DNA of 20,464 nt from an uncultured Oligoflexus sp. (GCA_964236955.1 CAXSGP010000013.1:43453-63916), one strand, 5' to 3'. Counted from the first letter of the stretch, positions 8,814-17,609 are shown. Numbers and translations: made by a program. The notes: a model not told the origin generated them from the letters alone.

Positions 8814-8944
8814 TGAGTCGTTGGCGTAAAATGGTGAAGGGACCTTGTCATCGCAAGACGACAGCGCCTGAGCCTTGGCGAAAACCAGAACTTGCCCTTG
8901 CCCTATCCCCTCGTGAGGACTCGCCCGTTCACGCCAGCGACTCA
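8814..8944 (+). ncRNA. putative structured RNA / 5' leader upstream of motA (unclassified)
   Basis: 14-bp closing stem TGAGTCGTTGGCGT (8814-8827) / ACGCCAGCGACTCA (8931-8944), extended by AATGGTGA/TCGCCCGTT. Its G-U pairs work only on the + strand. It encloses a GCAA-tetraloop hairpin (8845-8864) and smaller hairpins. Confidence 0.5.
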
Positions 8945-9012
8945 TTTTGGTGCCGAGCAGTCCTGATCCGAGGGATGGTCTCCTACCCCCTCAGTTAAAT
9001 TGAGAGTTAACC

Positions 9013-9777
9013 ATGGATTTATTCAGTCTCTTGGGTCCCGTCGTCGCCATCGGGATGATTCTTCTCGGAATGGTTTTAAAACATGCGACCGATCTCATTG
9101 TCGCCATCGCCTGGAGTCCTCCTTCCGTTGCGATCGTGTTCGGTGGCACCGCCGGAGCGCTGATGATCGCCTACCCTATGAAAGACTTCATAGGCTCGAT
9201 AAAAGCCTTTGGAACTTTCCTCAAAAATCCGCCGGCGAACCGCGAGGAAATTCTCACCCAGATCATCGATCTCGCCCAAACCGCCCGTAAGGAATCCATC
9301 CTTGCCCTGGAAAAAAAGCGTGACTCCATCACCTATGCCCCCTTACGCAAGGCTGTGAAGCTAGCGGTCGATGGAACCGATCCAGCAGTCCTTACCGACA
9401 CCCTCGAGGCGGAAGCCCATTTCCATATGGAAGAAGCCGAGGTCGCCGTTCACTTTTGGGAAGATATTGGGGCGATTGCCCCCACTGTCGGTATCCTCGG
9501 CGCCGTTATCGGTCTGATGAAAGTCATGAACTCGCTCGATAAACCTGAGCTCATCGGTCCCGGCATCATGGTTGCCTTCGTTGCGACCTTCTACGGAGTT
9601 GCGACGGCGAGTTTGATCGGTCTTCCGATCGGCAAAAAGCTCAAACGGAAAGCCCAGCTCGATCACTACGCCTTCACCATGGTCATCATCGGCATGCAGG
9701 GCATCCTTTCGGGGCTTAACCCTAAGGTTATCGAAGAAAAGCTAAAAATCTTCACTGGCGATCACCACGAAGAATAA
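9013..9777 (+). CDS. motA: flagellar-type stator protein MotA
   Basis: Four TM segments; motifs IVFGGT.GA, ARKES(G)ILALE (rotor-contact Arg/Glu), APTVGILGAVIGL, AFVATFYGV, GLNPKVIEEKL; 254 aa. Confidence 0.95.
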   Translation: MDLFSLLGPVVAIGMILLGMVLKHATDLIVAIAWSPPSVAIVFGGTAGALMIAYPMKDFIGSIKAFGTFLKNPPANREEILTQIIDLAQTARKESILALEKKRDSITYAPLRKAVKLAVDGTDPAVLTDTLEAEAHFHMEEAEVAVHFWEDIGAIAPTVGILGAVIGLMKVMNSLDKPELIGPGIMVAFVATFYGVATASLIGLPIGKKLKRKAQLDHYAFTMVIIGMQGILSGLNPKVIEEKLKIFTGDHHEE

Positions 9778-9804
9778 AAGCCGTCAGGCCATGAGGATAT
9801 CGCT

Positions 9805-10608
9805 TTGGCTCAAAAGCAAAAATGCCCGGAATTTGAAAACCACGAACGCTGGCTCGTTCCCTATGCGGACATGCTCACCCTGCTCTTTGCCGTTTTCGTC
9901 GTTCTCTTCGCCTTGAAAAAGGAGGGAGCCGACGCCGCCAAAGTTCAGCAGGCGGCGATTTCCATCCAGGAATCCTTTTCCGACTCCGTTGAGGAAATTC
10001 CTGAGAACCGCAAATCGGCGCCGAGCGAACAGGGCTTCGGTATCTTTGAAAACCGAAAGGGCGATAGAATGCGCGCCCCCGTGGTTCCGAAATATCCCGA
10101 CGCCAGTCGCGCGACCAAAGTCATCGATGCAGAAATGAAAAAGACCGCCGAGTTGATCAATATGCGGCTCTATGGGCAGCAGAAATTTCGTGAACTGGAA
10201 AAAGCAGGCAAAGGCCTCGAGCGCATCGTCTCCGTTACGCGCGATCAGGATGGATTCCGTGTCAAGCTCCTTGCCAGTCATTTCTATAAGCCTGGGGCGT
10301 ATCAATTGAGTCAAAGCGCTCTCAAAGAAGTCAAGGAAATCGGCACTATACTTAAGGAACTGGGGCGCCCCATCACCATCGAAGGTCACACCGATTCGGT
10401 GCCAGCCGCCGGCGACAAAAACAATTGGGAGATATCAAGTCTCAGAGCCTCGAACCTCGTGAAATATTTCATCGATGGCATGAACTTTCCACCGACCTCG
10501 CTATCGGCCGCCGGTTATGCTGATACCCGGCCCATCGCCAGCAATGCAACGGAAGAAACCCGGGCCCTGAATCGCCGCATTGAAATAAAGGTGCACTACA
10601 ATGACTAA
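9805..10608 (+). CDS. motB: flagellar-type stator protein MotB with OmpA-like peptidoglycan-binding domain (H+-type signature)
   Basis: TTG start with GAGGA RBS; WLVPYADMLTLLFAVFVVLFA TM carries the essential Asp, with Val at D+11 (equivalent to E. coli V43, typical of H+-coupled stators); C-terminal IEGHTD...NWEISSLRA...GYADTRP...NRRIEI. Confidence 0.95.
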   Translation: MAQKQKCPEFENHERWLVPYADMLTLLFAVFVVLFALKKEGADAAKVQQAAISIQESFSDSVEEIPENRKSAPSEQGFGIFENRKGDRMRAPVVPKYPDASRATKVIDAEMKKTAELINMRLYGQQKFRELEKAGKGLERIVSVTRDQDGFRVKLLASHFYKPGAYQLSQSALKEVKEIGTILKELGRPITIEGHTDSVPAAGDKNNWEISSLRASNLVKYFIDGMNFPPTSLSAAGYADTRPIASNATEETRALNRRIEIKVHYND

Positions 10609-11020
10609 GCGGTGCTCCCGGCTTCTTAGCCCGATGCCTTTCGCCCTCCTTTTACCTCTGCTTTTGCTGATGGCCTGTGATCCTAGTCATAAAGACAAAT
10701 GTGAATGGTATCTCGTACCCGAGCCCGCCCAGATTGGTCTCGTGCCAGAGGGTTGGGTGTCGCTTTGCGCCCGCAACTACGTGACGAATAAACAAAAGTG
10801 CTATCTGAAGGCAAGTCTCGAATTTTCCAAAGCCGTCTATGGCAAAGCCTTCCGACTGTCGCGCCTCAAGATCGACGAAGATGGCCCCTTTCCCCGTGAG
10901 GTCCTGAAGATCAATACCTGTTCGCCCGAAGACGCGGAGTTGAGGCGCCTTGAAAAGCTAAGGGATCGTGAGCCTGAGAGAACCCGGAATCAGGGAGCGC
11001 CCATGGACGATGAACCCTAA
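10601..11020 (+). CDS. small Cys-rich lipoprotein of unknown function, overlapping the motB stop
   Basis: ATG overlaps the motB 3' end by 8 nt (ATGACTAA). Basic N-region, Leu-rich H-region and lipobox LMA-C26, followed by Asp; four further Cys in the mature part. Confidence 0.8.
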   Translation: MTKRCSRLLSPMPFALLLPLLLLMACDPSHKDKCEWYLVPEPAQIGLVPEGWVSLCARNYVTNKQKCYLKASLEFSKAVYGKAFRLSRLKIDEDGPFPREVLKINTCSPEDAELRRLEKLRDREPERTRNQGAPMDDEP

Positions 11021-11107
11021 GCTCGCCGGTTGGCTTCTTTGTCTTCAGCCCACCCCTAAAAACACCGCGCCTCTGCTGGTCTGAAATACACGACCCTATT
11101 GTGCCGC

Positions 11108-12838
11108 TCACAACGACTTCAAACTCGCTGACCGTTTCTGAAGCGGTCGCGCGTTGTTTTTATAGCGGGTTTTAAAGGCCTCGATTTGGGCGGAACTGAA
11201 GCGGATCGACTCGTCGGCAACGCTCCATAGCACGTTTTCGGAACAGGGCGGCGTGGTCAGAGAACCCCGGTAGCGATAAACCTTAGGGGCCTTCGGCATG
11301 AGCGATGCGATGTTGAAGAGTTGATTGCGGGGGCTTGCCGGAAGGTTAACCCCCTGTGGAACGAAACCCCAGAGTTCGCCAAAGGTCTTTTGCTCCTGAC
11401 CCGGTTCAACCATAACGCCGATCACAGCTAACTGATCATGCTCGTCCTTATGCACGAAATGGATTTCCATGGCACTTAAGCGGCCATCCATCCAGTGTTC
11501 ACTGGGGGTGTGGATATGAAACTGCATCAGCTTATAACGTTTCCCGGCTATCGTCGCAAAATTCTTGTCGCCCACATTGAACTGTATCGTATGGCCGTTG
11601 TCGACGATGGACACCGAAGTGAGTTTATAGTCTATGCTCACATCACTGAGCAGAGGCCACGCCGATGGTATATCAATAGGGCTTTGCTGCTGGCCGATGC
11701 TGCAGGTTCGAAATTGGTCGGAAAGTTCACCCCAATGCTCGGGGCTTTCTGCTCCGGAATGATACGCCCAAGCTTCGGTCTTGCCGGCTGCCTTGGCATG
11801 GCCTTTGCCGACCTCATGATCCTTGCTGTCAATCTTTGATCTTGCAGCCGTTGCGGAAAATGCATGATCAAGAGAGGCCACCTTTGACTTCAGACGTTTC
11901 CTTGACGGGAGCTTAGCCTTGAGCAAGGCCAGAGGCTTCTCCATGTCGTCCACGCTGGGACCGGCTCTGACAGGAGCGGGTTCGTGATGAGAATCGACAC
12001 CTTCGCCATGGTTTTTTGCTGAACGTTTCCGAGCTTGGCCTGTGGCAATCTCATCAGACTCCTGCCCATCGTCATGCCCAGGCGCGGCCTGATTTGTAGT
12101 CCCAGGGGCTTCCGAATCACCCTCTCCCGGTGAATGGGCAACCGGATCTTGATCATCATGAGAAAGCTTGGCGGTTTCATGGGCCCGGGAGCCTTCGGCC
12201 TGGTTTGGCTGAGCGGCTGCCTTATGAGCACTAGGTGCGCTCATGTCCTCGCCGTCTTTATCCGAATCGCTCCTGTCAAAGATTTTTTCCTTGAGGGCAC
12301 CTTCTTTTGCGCCCGAATGCGTGAAGGTCGAGACGACATCATCGTTATTCTGCTGGCTCTTGAAGATAAGGCTGCCACCCGATGTCAGAACCAGTCCAAG
12401 AGCACCCATGCTGCTCATGAGAAGACCAGAATCCATCTTGCGATTTTGAACCAGACCGGTAAGCAGCGAGAGCCCGCTCATGATAATAAAGACAAATCCA
12501 AACTGCTGAACAATGGTGTTTTTCAACAGGGGAGCTTCGCCATCGAGCAGAATGGGGGCAAGGGTGCTAGTAAAGAGACTTACCCATAGGCCAAAGAGAT
12601 AAAGATAAGCGCTGACTTTTAAAAGGGGGCTTTTCTCCAGACGCTTCCAAAAGAAGGCAAGAGTCAGACCCAATCCTATATTGCCCATCAATACGGAGCG
12701 CATGGAAAAGGCATCGCCCAAGGCAAAGGAATTGTGAATTTCAGTCAGGGCAAAAACAACGATTGCACAAACGATACTGACCAGGAGATAGGTCGGTGTG
12801 CCGCGGTCGGGCTTTTCATTTACTATTTTTGCATTCAT
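11108..12838 (-). CDS. alpha-class carbonic anhydrase fused to an N-terminal 5-TM domain via a long low-complexity linker
   Basis: C-terminal alpha-CA motifs: W.Y...PEHWG, C..G.QQSPIDI, NGHTIQ, QFHIHTPSEH, MEIHFVH (three Zn His), YRYRGSLTTPPCSENV.W, NARPLQ. Five hydrophobic helices in about the first 160 aa; GGGAG RBS. Confidence 0.9.
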   Translation of the reverse strand: MNAKIVNEKPDRGTPTYLLVSIVCAIVVFALTEIHNSFALGDAFSMRSVLMGNIGLGLTLAFFWKRLEKSPLLKVSAYLYLFGLWVSLFTSTLAPILLDGEAPLLKNTIVQQFGFVFIIMSGLSLLTGLVQNRKMDSGLLMSSMGALGLVLTSGGSLIFKSQQNNDDVVSTFTHSGAKEGALKEKIFDRSDSDKDGEDMSAPSAHKAAAQPNQAEGSRAHETAKLSHDDQDPVAHSPGEGDSEAPGTTNQAAPGHDDGQESDEIATGQARKRSAKNHGEGVDSHHEPAPVRAGPSVDDMEKPLALLKAKLPSRKRLKSKVASLDHAFSATAARSKIDSKDHEVGKGHAKAAGKTEAWAYHSGAESPEHWGELSDQFRTCSIGQQQSPIDIPSAWPLLSDVSIDYKLTSVSIVDNGHTIQFNVGDKNFATIAGKRYKLMQFHIHTPSEHWMDGRLSAMEIHFVHKDEHDQLAVIGVMVEPGQEQKTFGELWGFVPQGVNLPASPRNQLFNIASLMPKAPKVYRYRGSLTTPPCSENVLWSVADESIRFSSAQIEAFKTRYKNNARPLQKRSASLKSL

Positions 12839-12986
12839 TTTTCATACTCCCTCGAGACGAGGAGGTCATCGGTCAAGAATTCCGAAAATTTACCTGGGGA
12901 ATTCTTACTTTTTGGAAAAAATAACCGCGGCAAAGCTTGAAAGCGCTGGTAGGATTGATTCTCCCTGCCGCAGAAAGGTGCTGCCC

Positions 12987-13904
12987 ATGGCTTCCAAACG
13001 TCGCGCTATCATTTTGAATTCATTAGCTATTTATCTAATCTGGGGCTCGACTTATCTCGCCATAAAATATGCGATTGAAGATATCCCCCCCTTCCTCCTG
13101 GCCGGCACCCGGTTTCTCCTTGCCGGCTTGATCCTCACCGTATTGGGAAGGATCAAGAAAGAGGAAGGCCTTGATCGTGAGGCGATGATCCGGGCGCTTT
13201 TTAGTGGCTCGCTTCTGGTCATGGGTAATGCTCTGGTCTGTGTCGCAGAAAAGTCCATCTCGTCCGGTATGGCCGCCGTGATGGTCGGCAGTGTTCCGAT
13301 GTGGGTTATGCTTTTCAACTGGACCGTGTTTAAGGGCAAACGACCAACGAGCCGTCAGACCGTAGGGATCCTTTTCTCTTTCATTGGTCTGGTGCTCCTG
13401 AGTCAATCTCAGAGCCAGGTGCAGCATGGGACCCTGCCGGGTGTGATCGCCATCCTCTTCGCTGTCATCTCCTGGGCTTTTGGCACTCTATTGCAAAGCA
13501 AAGCGAAGACTCAAGGTCGTTTGATTCGCTACTGTGGTTTTCAATTGGGAGTCGGGTCTATCGCCGCTTTTATCGTGTCATTCGCTAGCCAGGAGGGGGC
13601 GAATTTTTCTATGGCAGCCGTTCGTCCCTTAGCCCTGGTCTCCTACCTCTATATGGTTGTCTTTGGCAGTGCGATAGCCTTTTCCTCCTACCTATGGCTT
13701 AGTCAAAATGTAGAGCCTTCCCAAGTGAGTGTCTATGCCGTCGTGAACCCGCTTGTTGCCGTCTGGCTTGGATGGCTCTTTATTGGGGAATCTTTGAACC
13801 TCGCGGTCGTTCTGTGCACGGTCATGATTCTCAGCGGAATTTATTTCGTTGTTTTTCCGAAAAGGACACAATCTCCAGCCGTTGCTGGAGAGCGCGCGTC
13901 TTAA
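12987..13904 (+). CDS. EamA/DMT-family transporter (YedA-like)
   Basis: Start moved to ATG 12987 (AAAGGTG upstream), 305 aa, about 10 TM; motifs YLIWGSTYLAIK, PPFLLAGTRF, SSGMAA, YAVVNPLVAVWLG. Confidence 0.92.
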   Translation: MASKRRAIILNSLAIYLIWGSTYLAIKYAIEDIPPFLLAGTRFLLAGLILTVLGRIKKEEGLDREAMIRALFSGSLLVMGNALVCVAEKSISSGMAAVMVGSVPMWVMLFNWTVFKGKRPTSRQTVGILFSFIGLVLLSQSQSQVQHGTLPGVIAILFAVISWAFGTLLQSKAKTQGRLIRYCGFQLGVGSIAAFIVSFASQEGANFSMAAVRPLALVSYLYMVVFGSAIAFSSYLWLSQNVEPSQVSVYAVVNPLVAVWLGWLFIGESLNLAVVLCTVMILSGIYFVVFPKRTQSPAVAGERAS

Positions 13905-14036
13905 GCTCTGGACAGAAAGGTCGGCTCCAGCTTTCATCAATAGAGGGTTTTTCCCTAAACAAAAACTCCATTCAGCACGCTGGAATGGGCGCGCTTCGAC
14001 CGAGAGTCGGCGCCCCACGTTTGGAAGGAATGTCTC

Positions 14037-15605
14037 ATGCAGGACTTTAAGCTTGTTACGCCCTCGGATTCGGCTTCCGCTCCCCATCGGGTTTATGATG
14101 TAGTCCTCATTGGGGCAGGCGTGATGAGCGCGACGCTGGGGGCTTTATTGAAAGAATTGGATCCCCATCTCTCGATCGCGATCTACGAGCGACTTGACAG
14201 CGTAGCCGAGGAAAGCTCGGCGGCGCTTAACAACGCCGGGACAGGTCACTCAGGATTTTGCGAACTCAATTATACCCGGGAAAATCCTGATGGCACGATA
14301 GAAACCAAAGAAGCGATCAAGATCAATGAGGCGTTTGAAGTCTCCAAACAATTCTGGGCCTATCAGGTCAAAAAGCAGGTGATCCGCGACCCCAGGTCCT
14401 TTATCACAAACGTCCCCCACATCAGCCTGGTTTGGGGCGAGAAAAACGTGGCATTTCTGAAAAAGCGCTTTGAAGCCCTGCAAAAGCACAGCCTGTTTCA
14501 GGGCATGGAATACTCTGAAGACCCCGTACAATTGACGAAATGGATTCCACTCGTTATGAAAGAACGGCCCAACGCTGAGAAGGTGGCAGCGACCCGTATG
14601 GGCATCGGAACCGATGTGAATTTCGGCAGTCTCACCGAGCAGCTCATGGCGTTTCTTGAGCATCAGCCTCACGTTGTACTTAATAAAAATCATGAGGTCA
14701 CCGACATCGAGCGGATGGATGACGGGGCCTGGGCAATCGAAGTTCACGACATTGAAAAAGACGAAAGCACCTGGGTTGGAGCCAAATTTATCTTCATCGG
14801 GGCTGGTGGGGGCGCACTCAAACTCCTGCAAAAATCCGATATTCCGGAAGCCGATGGTTTTGGCGGCTTTCCAGTCGGCGGTATGTGGCTTGTGAGCTAC
14901 AATCAGGAGCTCGCGAAACAGCACGAAGCCAAGGTCTATGGGCTCGCGCCGCTAGGATCGCCACCGATGTCGGTTCCCCATCTCGACACTCGTGTGATCG
15001 ATGGGAGAAAGGCCTTGCTGTTCGGCCCGTTTGCGACATTTTCAACTAAATTTCTAAAAAAAGGCTCTTGGCTCGACTTGCCGAAATCGCTTGATATCAA
15101 AAATATCATGCCCATGATCGATACCGGTCTCCATAATCTGCCGCTCGTGCAGTATCTCGTGGGTCAGCTGCTGCTGACGCCCGAGCAACGTTTGCAAGCC
15201 CTGCGTGAATACTTTCCCGATGCGAGGAGTGAAGATTGGGAACTTGAGCTGGCAGGGCAACGGGTACAGGTCGTGAAAAAAGACGAAGTTGAAGGCGGTG
15301 TTTTGCAGTTTGGAACCGAACTCGTGACAGCGAGCGATGGAAGCCTGGCCGCTCTCCTCGGCGCCTCTCCCGGGGCTTCATCGGCGGCTCCTATTATGCT
15401 TGAGGTCTTGGCTCGAGCCTTTCCTGAGCGCATGCATTCCGCTGAGTGGCAAACCAAGATGAAAGAAATTATTCCATCGTATGGACAAAGGCTCGATAAC
15501 AATCCTGAACTGCAGAACCAGGTCAGGGCAGAGAGCAGTTCTCTTCTCCATCTCAAATATTTCACCGTTGCAGCTGGCGACACTCGCCCGATCGAAGCCC
15601 ACTAA
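14037..15605 (+). CDS. mqo: malate:quinone oxidoreductase
   Basis: DVVLIGAGVMSATLG FAD motif, NNAGTGHSGFCELNYT, GTDVNFG, FIGAGGGAL, PPMSVPHLDTR, AGQRVQV, LLGASPGAS; 522 aa; AAGGA RBS. Confidence 0.97.
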   Translation: MQDFKLVTPSDSASAPHRVYDVVLIGAGVMSATLGALLKELDPHLSIAIYERLDSVAEESSAALNNAGTGHSGFCELNYTRENPDGTIETKEAIKINEAFEVSKQFWAYQVKKQVIRDPRSFITNVPHISLVWGEKNVAFLKKRFEALQKHSLFQGMEYSEDPVQLTKWIPLVMKERPNAEKVAATRMGIGTDVNFGSLTEQLMAFLEHQPHVVLNKNHEVTDIERMDDGAWAIEVHDIEKDESTWVGAKFIFIGAGGGALKLLQKSDIPEADGFGGFPVGGMWLVSYNQELAKQHEAKVYGLAPLGSPPMSVPHLDTRVIDGRKALLFGPFATFSTKFLKKGSWLDLPKSLDIKNIMPMIDTGLHNLPLVQYLVGQLLLTPEQRLQALREYFPDARSEDWELELAGQRVQVVKKDEVEGGVLQFGTELVTASDGSLAALLGASPGASSAAPIMLEVLARAFPERMHSAEWQTKMKEIIPSYGQRLDNNPELQNQVRAESSSLLHLKYFTVAAGDTRPIEAH

Positions 15606-15611
15606 AATCCA

Positions 15612-15699
15612 GGCTCTCTCGAACTTTTGCCTAAGGTGAAAGAGAGCCCTGCCTATTCTTTGCCAACTTTCCTTGAAGGCTTCGAGGCAACGGGCCTTC
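15612..15699 (+). terminator. two hairpins downstream of mqo (terminator or stabiliser)
   Basis: GGCTCTCT/AGAGAGCC (15612-15648) followed by GCCTATTCTTT, and GAAGGC/GCCTTC (15675-15699). Confidence 0.45.
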
Positions 15700-15797
15700 C
15701 GGGTGCCCAGCAGCTGGCTGCACAATCGCCGCCAAACACTGTATGATTTCAGCTATAACCAAAGATTTCTATAGCTTGACTCGCCGGGGAAAACGTC

Positions 15798-17609
15798 ATG
15801 AAAAAAGCCATCCCTCTCGTCGCCTTAGTCGTAGCCGCCCTAGTGGGAGTTTACTCTTGGAGGAAAACGCCGGCTCGGCCCGAGGCTGACGCTACCACGC
15901 CCGCTTCTGCCAGCGCGGGACTTAAGAATGAACAGGCCAGCTATACCGTGCACCTGACAGTGCAGCAACGCAAAGAAGGGGCCGCGCTACCGATACTCGA
16001 ATTCAATGCGAGTCTGCAGCAAAATTGGAATGCCCAGGGCGCGGCCGAATGCCTATCGGAATGGTCAAGTATCGAAGGTCTTACGATGATGGGTCAAGCC
16101 GTTCAGCAGAGTCAACTGCAGACTCTCCGGAACCAAGCGATACTGAGCGTCTACGATGCGAAAGAGCAGAATTTCGTGCATTATCTCCCTAAGGACTTTC
16201 CCGCTCAATATGTCCCCTTTCAGTTGGGACTGTTACACAAAATCATTCTCCCCTTTACCAGAGAACAGTTGCAGGTTGGAGTCGTGGCGAGAAGCGAGAC
16301 CGATGAGGTCGGCGGCTATAAGGCCGAGTACACCATAAAGAAAATAGCGGAAGGTTTCGATGTGTCCAAGAAATGGCTGTACTATAACTCGCAGGCGATG
16401 AAAGTGGACGGAGAGGCCAATGCCATTGATTACACCCTCGCCGAAGACGGGCGACTGGTAGGTGCCAAAGGCCGCGTGACCATTCACTATCGCCAAGGGG
16501 AATCGGCCCATTACACTACAGAGTTCAACGTTGGATTGACGGGTAGGAGACTCGTTGCCAGCAAAGCGCTAAAACGCGAGGCAATGAAACCGAGTGACTT
16601 CAAGCAGATCGCGCAGGATATGGCCGCCAACGATCCCAATCACATGAGCTTTGAAGAGGCGATGAAAACACTCGACAGCATCGATGAAAAGACGGATTCA
16701 AGCGAAGTCTATCGAGTCTTTAGCAATCTCAAGGCGGAAGTGATTAAGGATCCGGCCAAGGCTGGTCAACTGTTCGAAAAGATCAACAGGACAAGTTCAC
16801 GGGATCCCAGTAGCAAGAGACAGTTGACGGCCGTGTTTGGGGCACTGGCCCAGAGCGAAGATACCGCTATCGCCGAAAGCCTGGCGACACTTGCCACCTC
16901 CCCCCAGTGTGCCGATAGCTTTTGTAAAGTACAGGCCATAGTCGGACTGAGCGATCACCCCTTCCCAAGCGAGCTTACTGCCGAAAAAATGCTTGAAATT
17001 GGCCGCAGTTCTCCCGATTTGGAAATCGCCGGAACCGCGCTCCTGGCTGCCGGTTCGGTAGGGCGCAAACTTGATACGAGCCTGCCTGAGTTACCGAAGG
17101 CTCTGATTGCCGAGCTTAACAATCCGGCTAAAGCCCCGATCAAAAGCACTGTGCTGGCAGCGATGGGCAATCATGGTAATGGTGACTATCTGACTTCGCT
17201 GGAAAGCTATGCGAAATCCGCGAAGGATGTATCCCTACAGGCATCAGCTGTCTATAGCCTCAGGTATTTGCCACAGGAATCCGTAAACGCCACGCTTTTG
17301 TCTGTCCTATCACAAAGTAAAGATAAAAACGTCATGTCAGAAGCCATCAAGGCTATCCAATATCGCAATTTTTCCCCTGAGCAGTATCAGAGTTTAGCCA
17401 GGACGTCGGGGGCGCTCAGTGACAAGGACCTGGCGCAGGCAGCAGCCCGCTTACTCGTTCAAGCCTATCGCGATGATCCTAAACTGGACGCACCGGTTCA
17501 GACCTTGCGCGATGAGACCAGGGTCCAGGGCGTCAAAGACTATCTCAACGGTGAAATCAAACGCATCGAGGAAGCTCAAAATGCTGGCACCGGGAACCGG
17601 CAGCCTTAA
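15798..17609 (+). CDS. N-terminally anchored HEAT/ARM-repeat protein with a beta-rich N-half; vitellogenin/MTP (LLTP) N-domain-like
   Basis: N-terminal hydrophobic segment (IPLVALVVAALVGVYSW); beta-rich region containing ETDEVGGYKAEY; helical repeats ALLAAGSVGRK, LAAMGNHG, SAVYSLRY; 603 aa. Confidence 0.75.
   Translation: MKKAIPLVALVVAALVGVYSWRKTPARPEADATTPASASAGLKNEQASYTVHLTVQQRKEGAALPILEFNASLQQNWNAQGAAECLSEWSSIEGLTMMGQAVQQSQLQTLRNQAILSVYDAKEQNFVHYLPKDFPAQYVPFQLGLLHKIILPFTREQLQVGVVARSETDEVGGYKAEYTIKKIAEGFDVSKKWLYYNSQAMKVDGEANAIDYTLAEDGRLVGAKGRVTIHYRQGESAHYTTEFNVGLTGRRLVASKALKREAMKPSDFKQIAQDMAANDPNHMSFEEAMKTLDSIDEKTDSSEVYRVFSNLKAEVIKDPAKAGQLFEKINRTSSRDPSSKRQLTAVFGALAQSEDTAIAESLATLATSPQCADSFCKVQAIVGLSDHPFPSELTAEKMLEIGRSSPDLEIAGTALLAAGSVGRKLDTSLPELPKALIAELNNPAKAPIKSTVLAAMGNHGNGDYLTSLESYAKSAKDVSLQASAVYSLRYLPQESVNATLLSVLSQSKDKNVMSEAIKAIQYRNFSPEQYQSLARTSGALSDKDLAQAAARLLVQAYRDDPKLDAPVQTLRDETRVQGVKDYLNGEIKRIEEAQNAGTGNRQP

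Noticed and set aside
8814..8944. Assignment of the leader as a retron msr-msd, SRP RNA, 6S RNA or c-di-GMP riboswitch
   Set aside because: No reverse transcriptase is nearby. There is no CAGG-GGAA-AGCAG SRP core, the element is shorter and more branched than a typical 6S, and the GGCAAAC/GACGCAAA GEMM motifs are missing. It is kept as unclassified.
8813..8998. 61-aa ORF upstream of motA
   Set aside because: TTG start with no RBS and no recognisable sequence; the region is better explained as a structured leader.
9013..10608. MotAB-like pair as the Zorya (ZorAB) anti-phage system or as TolQR/ExbBD/AglRQS
   Set aside because: MotA is a canonical 254-aa 4-TM stator with the rotor-contact motif and no long ZorA tail. 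MotB has the OmpA-like domain that ExbD/TolR lack. There are no zorC/D/E-like neighbours.
12798..12986. N-terminal extensions given by the ORF track (also 3566-3622, 8573-8683 and 18785-18892)
   Set aside because: Downstream ATGs have better RBSs and give family-typical N-termini or signal peptides; most extensions also overlap neighbouring genes.
13940..14020. Small hairpins between the EamA gene and mqo
   Set aside because: Short GC stems with no U-tract, no second copy in the window and no recognisable riboswitch core.
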